Of a stretch of 64,000 nt of DNA, positions 54,985 through 64,000 are shown piece after piece. The first letter of the stretch is position 1; every line of letters begins with the position of its first letter. The notes beneath the pieces are model-generated. The model made no database searches, was not told the DNA's origin, and worked only from the letters and a program-made list of their open reading frames with translations. This stretch comes from Nymphaea colorata (Eukaryota). The stretch is taken from contig NC_045138.2 in NCBI RefSeq assembly GCF_008831285.2, forward strand, positions 27,776,001 through 27,840,000, read 5' to 3'. Position numbers and translations under genes: made by a program.

Positions 54985-56903
54985 GTGTATGACTGAGTAG
55001 GATGCAGAAAACGGAAAATAAATATTGTTAATCCATGTATTTTTTCATGACACTGAAGAAATTCCAAACGTCCAAAACGCAGATATATATCCAATAGCAG
55101 GGCATGTAGACATGGTCTTCCAGACCACAAATCATACTTAATTAAATGAAAAATGGACCCTTTTCTCCAAAATTCACAGATCTGCATATAAATGGATGCT
55201 TTTATTGTTTTCTCTAGTCTTCCATTCGCAAGAGCCGCATTTATTTCAACAGCATGGAAAGGAAAAGAGAAAAACAAGAAAATTGTTGAAGAGGGAGAAC
55301 ACTGCATTATATCATTTTAGTGCCATAATATCATTCAACATTTAGACATGTTTCTCATCTTCAATTTCCCAACTTTGTCGTGTAAGCTCTGTGGACAAGC
55401 TCCATCAACCTTGTGCGACTCCAGATTCACATGGGCTGCAGTAGTCTGTAGGCCTACCAATTAACAAATCTGATCATGATCGACTTGTTCTGCAGAGAGG
55501 CTAACAATAGCGAGTGTAAGATAGTTTGGGCTCAGTCTGGTTTGTTCCAAATGCAGTCAAGGTTTGTTTTGCCAGGAGAATGCCTACATCTTGGAGAAGC
55601 TAAGAGATATGCAATTATTTCTGCAGTCAATCATACAGTGGATTCAATCAGGACCAGGATCTGCTAATCATGATTATGGGACTGTAACTCTGTAGAAATA
55701 AATAAATTTTGGTTCCACAGTCCACAGCTGCAATCCACATAAGCAGTACTTTACAATTAAGAGGGCACATAGGGTGTGCTTATAGCGGCAGTTATAGAAT
55801 GCAATTAAGGAAACAATGTCAAGCCCGTAGTCTCTTACACTCAGCATCTCTCATTAATGGATTTCAATAGCACAACAAAGTTGAGTTAAAAAGAATAATT
55901 CTCCAGTCTGGCAATTGCTCAGTGAAAGCTTCCTTTTGTGATGTATTATCATTTACACAATAGCTGAAGAGGCAACTGAGCCGTGCTTCGAAAAATAACT
56001 CATAAGACTAAACGCCGTCCTTTCTGCACATCTGTGGCAACTCAGATTATAATAGTTTAAGGATAATTTCCAAATACAAAGCCGCAGCTCACTCTTGGGA
56101 ATATGAAAAAAGGAACTACAAAGAGCCTCCAATGGCGCCTTTCATTTGACAGGGGGTGACCTCTGAAAGTCATTGAGTTGAAGAAACAGCAGAAGTTCAT
56201 AAACAAGATGAAATTGGAAGTGTTTTGATCCCTGTTGTCGTTAACGGAACAGGATTGATAACCAAATGGCATCTCCCTTTTAGACAACATGCAAGTTGTG
56301 GTTTCCAAACTCAATGAAAATGATTGGAAAATATTCGATATAGACATTAGTGGGTGGCTGTCCAATCATACCCTGGTATGCTTGCCTGATTTTCTTGGCT
56401 AAGCCGGTGCCAATAAGTAATTCCTCCTTACATAATGCAGCCAAACTGAAAACCTCCTCACATTCAGCATATTCCACTAGGCACTGTATGGAAGCAAGGT
56501 ATTACACTAGCCAATCGGAAGCATATTGTGGCCTTCACCAGGCATTCTGATGTTTGGAAGCAAAAATGTTGATAATCAAGTCCATTGCTTTCATGTGCAT
56601 GGTTTCACTGCTTCCAACAAGTGCGTAAGAAGGGCCATCAAGCTCCCTTCTTCGCTTCAGCAGAACTACCAGAAAAATGAAAAAAGACTCAACGAAGGGA
56701 TTAATCCCTAGCTTTAAATGAGAGACAATATGAATGTTTCTTTATGTCAAATAAGATCAGTATAGCCATAGGAACTAGGAGTTCTTAAAAGGCAGTTGTG
56801 CGTCTAAAGGAAAATCCTTCCAATCTTTCTTGAGAGTCCTTACTTCCAATTTGTCATATCTTCTAAAATTGTTCCCACTGTAGCCAGTGATCAATACACA
56901 GGC
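54985..56903 (-). pseudogene. Degenerate F-box/LRR/FBD-like gene relic, copy B of the duplicated block
   Basis: Colinear with 46580-49000, e.g. tggcgcctttcatttgacag at ~48077 and ~56132, and ccagattcacatgggctgc at ~47027 and ~55421. Fragments EVRTLKKDWKDF and ANGRLEKTIKASIYMQIC...RKGSI. Confidence 0.45.
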
Positions 56904-57049
56904 CTGCCCACGTTTGTCTCTCAATGGTTGGAACCAAATCCCCAAGTTCAACGGGAACTGGAAGATTTCATGTTAATGTATATGGGACTGCTCACAATGT
57001 GCTCTAATTATAAAGCCTAATTACTCCAGGGCCAAGGCATGTGCAAGTG

Positions 57050-59250
57050 CTTCATGTAGCAGTTTAAAGGCTCTGCCTCAAGTTAGCATGTGCAACTTGT
57101 AAAGGTCATCAAACTGACTAGAAGGCACAAGCTGGAAATCTACAAGAGGCTTCTCTTGGCTCCTGGATATACTCTTGACAGTTTTTACCAAGCATGGATC
57201 TACCAATCTGTGCCTTCAAATCGATCGGATTGATCATGACACGTAAGATTATTAATACCTAAGGTGACAGAAGTATGATCGGCTTAATCATGAGCTTGAT
57301 CCCACTGGTAACGTGAATTAGACAAACGGCTAAGAAGGTAGAATTATGCCAATATTAGTACCTGCATCAAAATTTTCATAACTGTCAATTATCAGCTATT
57401 AATGTAAGAATATTTGCTTAGTCGATGCCCCCCTGGATTCTTTCTCAAGCATAAGAGTATGAAGCGTGCGGACGAGGAAGAGAGGTTCTGAAAGGCATAG
57501 TAATGCACAAAAATGTCAACTGGTGGGTATTGCTCCACATTTCAGTATGGAACTTATAGTTGGTCTACAACAAGATGATGTTTCATGGTAGTGCATCAAG
57601 GACCAAGGACCTCAGAATACATGCCTTCACGAATTATTCTCTTGGGAAAATGGTGTTGTATAGGGCTAAAAGTTACTCCACTTAGAATAAGAGGTGCATT
57701 CATGTAATCTGTGAACAGGTACCGAGTCTCTCTCACACCAGCTTCATTTCAACCATAAAATGGAAAAGAAAAAGATTATGAAAAATCACCTAACATTCGA
57801 GTGAATAACAAATTACAGTCAAACTTCTGAAAGCTAAACGCTCAAACTTTTGGGAGAAATTCTCAAGAAGCCGCCTACTGAACCAAAGCATTAACTTTTT
57901 TTATACAGAATGAGAAAAACACTCTTTCTAGGAACAAAAGCACGTTTCTTCAGCCAAAGGAACAATAGTTGTTTATGAGGGATATTTATCATTTTACACG
58001 ATTTTTTTTTTTTTTGGTAGGCAGCTCTTTGAAAGTTCCTTTGAAAAATTGAACATTTATATGTTAAATTTTAGAAGTTGATCAGTGATTTATTATTTGC
58101 TCAAATATTAATTGTCTTTTAGTACTTTTTTTCAATAGGAAAAATAAAAAGTAAGTAGAAAGGTTACGGGTCAAATAACCAGAATACACTTTACTCCTTT
58201 GTTAATAAATCCCAAAATATCTAGACCGAACCTAGTCCTGGATCCTAGGTAGTAAAGAAGTTTAACTACCAGTTCAGTGGCTAGTTTGAGTTTGAAAAAT
58301 AAATTATCCCACGGAAAGGACCTTATCCTATGGGATGAAATGGCTGTGATCTGACTACCATAAGCTTGGCTAGGAATGGGAAGAAGTTGGAATGTTCCTG
58401 ATAGTTGGCTGGCTAAGATACGGATTTGAAGCCATGAAGTGGATCCAGAGGTCAGGTTCCATCCTAGCACCCAACATGAAGATGGTCAATTCCTCCAGAC
58501 TGGGGCAATTCTGCAGAGTGGCATAACCCAGGTGGATCTTGATTTCTATCCAACCTGATTTTTCTGGAGCGCCACTCATGTCCTTGTACCATTTAGATGA
58601 TCTAGTGTGGCAATGTTATGGATCTTGATCTGATCCCAAGTTTGGACTCCAATGTTTAGAACGGAATATGCCTATTCATGCATACAACTTCGTGATTCGG
58701 TAAGAGGTTGAGACCGCCAAAGCCTCCCCCACCCTCGGGTCCAAGGCTGCTTCAGGACCTACGGTTACTCGCATCAGCTTGAGAGTAACACCTGTCACTG
58801 TTTGCAGTTTAGAGGAATAGCACCCACTTTGGAGTATGACTATGATCTAATGCAAATTAAGGTGCATGGACAACCAGCCATATCCAGACTGTGAATCAGA
58901 TACTAGTTTCCTTATCAGATCTAAGCAGTACAGGTGGTAAGCAGGGGACTTGAAGGGTACCAAACCGCATATTGAACTCTGCTTTGCCACACTGCCGTCC
59001 TGCTACTGCTTGTCGGTCGGGGGCGGGGCTTGCCCTCAATTCAGAATACAAAAATGCACGATCAACCAAATAGTTGCTAATTTTTGTTGTCTTTTCATTC
59101 CACAACCTTGGAACGGAAATCCTCATGTGATCGGGCACGTTAGGTGAAGTAATGTTCAGGGCATGCTGTTGTGTTTGAAGGGAGTAGAGAAGATGTGTGC
59201 AGCTGGATTTCCAAATCGTAAAAGCATCACGGCCAATCACTCATCAATGA
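57050..59250 (-). pseudogene. Possible third, more divergent F-box/LRR/FBD relic
   Basis: Minus-strand fragments in the expected order: SNYLVDRAF (~59070), KLQTVTGVTLKLMRVTV (~58780), LQNCPSLEELTI (~58500), DRFEGTDW* (~57220). No intact ORF. Confidence 0.35.
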
Positions 59251-59512
59251 ACATGAACAAGCAGGTTCATGCAAAATACGTTTTCTCTAATAGCATCATA
59301 TGCCATATTGTAGCAATTTTCGCTATTATATTTACTAGCAATGTCAGGTTACGTAATACTGTATAACTAAAGCCAGTCTGATATACGGTAAATAGGTCTA
59401 CATAGGCATAGTAACTGAAATTATTATAAAAAGATTAGCAGTTGTCCATTATAACTGGTTTGAGTGTCCTAGCTTGACAATAAAAAAAGAAACAAAAGTT
59501 GGTAAAACTTTT

Positions 59513-59934
59513 TATAACAACCCGACCCACTCCGATATAAGGGCGATTTCAGTTCCAATCCTAAAAAAGCTAGGAACCAAGACAATCATCTCATTAAAGC
59601 CTCCCTTTATAATCCCTTGAAGATCTCTCACAATCTTCGATACGGGACTAAACATCTGGGGTGTTACAATCCACCCCCCTTAAGGCACACGCGTCCGCGC
59701 GTGTGGGACCCTAGGTCCGAGTGTTGAAACTGCTCTGATACCATTATAACAACCCGACCCACTCCCGGGCTCGGGCCCCTGGTTCGACGGATCCCAACCC
59801 GCCCCCTAGTGATTTCGGTTCCAATCCTAAAAAAGCTAAGAACCAGAACAATCATCTCATTAAAGCCTCCCTTTATAAGCCCTTGAAGATCCCTCACAAT
59901 CTTCGATACGAGACTAAACATCTGGGGTGTTACA
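59513..59934 (-). mobile_element. TRIM (terminal-repeat retrotransposon in miniature), 422 bp
   Basis: Two LTRs, 59745-59934 (5') and 59513-59668 (3'). tRNA-iMet-type PBS TGGTATCAGAGC at 59743-59732. Polypurine tract AGGGGGGTGGAT at 59680-59669. 76-bp non-coding interior. 5-bp TSD ctttt/atttt. Confidence 0.93.
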
Positions 59935-61685
59935 ATTTTAGCACAGTGTCGAATGGACTATACATAACAGTTGTAGTATAGTTTTATCCTAATATTCGCT
60001 CCACCCATCAAATAGTTATGTCGCTCCAACCATCAAACCATTTATGTCATAAAAGATGTATATGCTTGATAATATACAAGGCAAGTACCATTAGACTCTT
60101 GGATTGCTGTGGCCGCTTGGGTAGGAAGTTTTTTTTTTTTTTACCTCCTTTCTAGATCTCATTGAATAGATTACTCTAAAAAACCACACTGTACTCTGGC
60201 TGCTTGTTCTTGAACTCTCAAACGATCAAATCAAGTAGTCAAGAGGTGTCTTTGTTTCTTTCTCACTTCCTCTTCCACCCTGATCTTGATGTTTCATGGT
60301 CTCTCTACATTTGAAAGAAAAAGGGGGACATTTGATGCGTAACAAACGTTTTTTACCCCTTCCGTTTCTTAAAAATTTTATGCCATTCTTCTTGTTTGCT
60401 TGCTCATTGCTATCAGTTAGGCAGAAGTGCTGCTTCTGTCATACAGCTGCATCACTCCTCACCTATTTCATTGCCTTCCTATGGAAAAAAACAACAAAGA
60501 GGTTGTAGAATCGTTTGTCTTTTCTAGAGCATGGCACACAAGGAAGTTTTTAAATGGATATAAGTTGCTCCTCTTGGCATGCTGATTTGTTCCTTGAGTT
60601 TTAAAATGCTTCGCCCATAAAGAAAAACAGAATGAAGGTGTAAGCTTGGGGTAGGAAAAGAAGAATTGATGTAATTTGTCTAAATAAACTGGACACATTA
60701 ACACTGATGAGTTACTTACTAAATCGGATTGGTTGGCGGATGATGTAAATTGTTTGAACTCCGATAATCTTTACACATTTAAAATTGGGTTCGGTTTTGA
60801 GTTTGGTATGGCGAGAAGACTAAAATTACGAAACCAAAATCCTAAGTGTTCACATCTATCGCTAGTTGGGTCTGCGAGTGCTATATGTTATTCCTTCCCA
60901 TATGGCAAAACAGAAGATCTTCCATATTGCAGTGTTGTTCTTCTTCACATACTATTGAACAGTCCAAGGGAAAATCTGGTGTCCACCTTATACAGCAGCT
61001 CTATGCTTGCCTTCATCTCTTCTAAAATCTCTTTTTTCTGCACAGGCCAAATATGGTGTTCCTATAATAAACATTTTCTCCCATGGCGAATAAGAGGACC
61101 ATTTGACTTTGTGTATCTTTATCTTCACAGTTTTCCTATGAAAAATTTCGTTGTTTTGGATTCTCTTAATCAAAGTGGTAGACGGAAATGGCGTGCTAGG
61201 TTGAGTCCATGAGAATCAAAAGTTCAATCGTCGTTTTTCTTACAACATGATATATATTTCTTTTTCGTGTCAAAAAACTTAGGCTGTCTATTTCAATTTG
61301 GTTGTTGGAAGATCCTGCACACCGGTCAGATTCGGGCGATTTAAATATTCAGTTAAAAGCACCATGTTGGTCGCATTAATGGATCCAATTCGACAAGCGT
61401 TGAGATTCCAATTGCAAGTTTTTGTTTCTTATGCAACATTTCTTTGTACATGGTCAATTTTCAAAACATCACGATGAGTGGTGGAGCCTGCACATATGGA
61501 CCAGGGCAGCAAATCCGGTTCTTGATTGCCAAAATACTTGTAATAAATAAAAACGGGACGTTTTGCTTCTTCTGAGCTAAAAATTTATATATTTGCCTCC
61601 CCTTTCCGAAATTTCTCGCTCAGCCGACTGAAACTACATATAAACTTCTACTGCACCACTTGTAAAAGATACATACAAATAAGTT

Positions 61686-61716
<31 letters not shown>

Positions 61717-63879
61717 TATTTGTTAAGTGTTGAACATTAAAGTAATAAACTATTAGTTCTACGTAGATTTCCGATAATACATAGTAATTCATGTGTACTT
61801 TTTACTAAACAAGTGCTGCAGTTTGAATTTTAACATATATAGTCTTTCCTTCACCAATGTTAAAGTAATAAATGTCGTTAACGTTGGGTGTATATGACAT
61901 ATTATATATATATACACACGAATTCACACGCGTAAAGGGGTAGGTGTATCTTGTACCGATGGGCACTTTTTTACGGACTTACTTTGCCGTCTTAGTTCTA
62001 CATATAAAAGAAATAATTGTACATGCTATATGTATACAAAAAAGAAATGATTGTACATGCAACTAGTTGAGACTTTTTTTTTGTCTTCATATTTTTGTCC
62101 AGCGCGATTCGACCGTGTAAATGCGTACGACTTGACCAAAGACTTTCTAAGTCATCCATATATATTCTTTATTCGTGTTCTTTCAAGCTTTTGCAAACTT
62201 TGATGCATTTTTCAACCATCAATACTTACAATGCATTCCGTCCGTTTAAAATCTGATTTCTGCTATACGAACAAACAGTATATAATTAGGAAACAAAAAC
62301 TTAACAGGAACTAAAACAATTCCAATTTGTTCCCTTGTATATTATAATAAACAACTGTGTCAAATGCAGATTTGAACAAGAAAACAAGACCAACTCAGCA
62401 TACTGACATGGAAGCTTGGACCAGTGGACAGGGAAGGGAGCAAATTGTAAGCAAAATAATATGGTCGATCTGGACATGTCCACAAATGGCATCTGCAGGG
62501 AGACTGGAATGGCGGACGGAGAAAAGAGCCATTGCCCGTTCCTTTGCTGCACAAAGTCGTGAATTCAACAGCACACCTCGTGTGAACTCGCAGATGCTCC
62601 GTTAATCAGAGCGCCGTCCCGTCCTTTGGACCATTGACTGAGCTTTTCAGAGCACTTCCACATCTGGCAGCAACATCGCCGCAGAGAAGTATTTACTTAT
62701 TGTCTGAAAGGAATTGTCTCCTTCCAACTTTTGGCCTAAAAGGAAGATCCCGGTTCTCGATCTGCTTCTTCTCTCTGTTTCTGTTTCTTGGTATTCAATT
62801 TTTCACAGCAAATCGCCTTTTTTGCTTTCCTCGTGGGAAAAAAAGTTTAGTGGAAAAAGTCTTCGACGGTTAGAATTTGATATCTCTGCTTTTAGCTTTT
62901 AGCCTTTGCTTTGTAGGGTTTTCAGAGGAACGTTTTGGACTAAAAAGCCGGCGTCGAAGGCCGGAAGTTTCCTGGATTTTGGCATTCTACGAGCCGGATT
63001 CAAACGCACGGTCTTAATTCGAATCCAAATCTAATTACTAGTCAGATTTGATCTTCGTGACTAAGTCTAGATAATTGAGTCAGATTGCGGCAATAATTAG
63101 TCTCATTTGACACCTTACAGACAGACAAACGAAGAAGCCATCTTTTCCAATCCTGAAGCTTTTGTTATTTTTTTTTAATTAAGTAAGGCGTGGAGATGGA
63201 TCATGCCAGTCTAGCTCAGTGGTTGGCAAACCCTTGTGCCCGTCGCCTTGATCAAAGGAGCATCTAGCAGCTACTGCCTTCAAAGATCCACACTCATTCT
63301 AATAACCTACTGAACGTTCATTCATCACATGCTGCCATCCTTACTTTTGCTCGCAACATTTGTCGTAAACATGACAAACTTGACTATTCTTATCAAACTG
63401 GTACCAGCTAGCGGCGGAGCTAAGTGTGGGCTTGTTTGCTAGCTATACGGACACACAAATTCATTTATTTACATATTAGTTCCTCAAAAGATCAAGGGAT
63501 GCCACTCTCTAAAACTTGGTTTTCGCAAAAAAAAAAAGCAGGTTTTGTGCAGACTTTTGTTTTTTTAATGAGTTTTTCGAAAACCTAGTTTGTATGTTTG
63601 CATGACCAACTAAAAACCAAGTTTTAGATCATCGTGTGAAAATCCAGTTTTGTAAAAACAGACCCAAAACCCCATTTTCTTGTCATCCAAACACTTTCAA
63701 AAAAGTGGTTTTGGAGTGGCATCCAAACGCCGCCTACGTTTTAGCAAAGCCTTTCTATTGTGTAGAGCCACTAATTTAGAGTGTCATCCAAATGCTACCT
63801 TAACTTTTAATAAATTGTCATTTTATAACACGAGAAAAACACACTTAAAAACTTAAGACTTAATCGTACTCTTAACGGC

Positions 63880-64000
63880 AAGGGCAAAGCCAAGGAGGGC
63901 CAAAGGGGCCCTAGCCCCTCCTCAATTTTTTTTTTTAATTTACATGTAAATTTTAAAAAATTTCAGTTATCCAATATAAAATTTTTTAAAACTGATATTA
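63880..64000. mobile_element. Partial MITE of the family also seen at ~20744-20900 and ~22670-22770
   Basis: Shares the agggc..agcc...gggcc...cccc head and the aatttacatgtaaattttaaaaaa core with 20744-20860. Truncated by the window end. Confidence 0.5.

Noticed and set aside
59513..59934. Cassandra-type TRIM carrying 5S rRNA sequence
   Set aside because: No 5S A/C-box sequence (AGTTAAGCGTGC...AGGATGGGTGAC) is visible in either LTR.
60425..60450. Minus-strand TGACAGAAG resembling the start of miR156
   Set aside because: The match ends after 9 nt and there is no hairpin partner. No other conserved miRNA was recognised by eye.
60733..61212. 159-aa plus-strand ORF
   Set aside because: Non-ATG start, no recognisable domain, and composition typical of intergenic DNA.
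63205..63290. tRNA-like A box TAGCTCAGTGG
   Set aside because: No B box or cloverleaf downstream.

Overview
Plant (angiosperm) nuclear genomic DNA with spliceosomal GT-AG genes, microsatellites and many small transposons. No prokaryotic system, CRISPR array, rRNA or tRNA is visible. Three genes look intact: myo-inositol oxygenase (MIOX, +, 11 coding exons, 2448-6140), Mediator subunit 6 (MED6, -, 5 exons, 7809-12139) and an intronless RR-type tandem CCCH zinc-finger gene (TZF, +, 30699-32024). The TZF gene has a GC-rich G-box/ABRE cluster about 2 kb upstream and a 2-codon uORF just before its ATG. The 46-60 kb part holds mostly decayed genes: a complete, intron-retaining but disabled mitochondrial ribosomal protein L47/uL29m pseudogene (-, 50317-54150) lies between two diverged copies of a ~2 kb duplicated block that looks like F-box/LRR/FBD relics, with a probable third relic beyond. 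Mobile elements include a 5'-truncated L1-type LINE carrying only an RNase H domain, a complete 422-bp TRIM with non-canonical TG...TA LTR ends, and several hAT- and Tourist-like MITEs. I found no convincing wholly new biological system. The best leads are the TZF regulatory architecture, the TRIM and the pseudogene cluster. All alignments and counts were done by eye.
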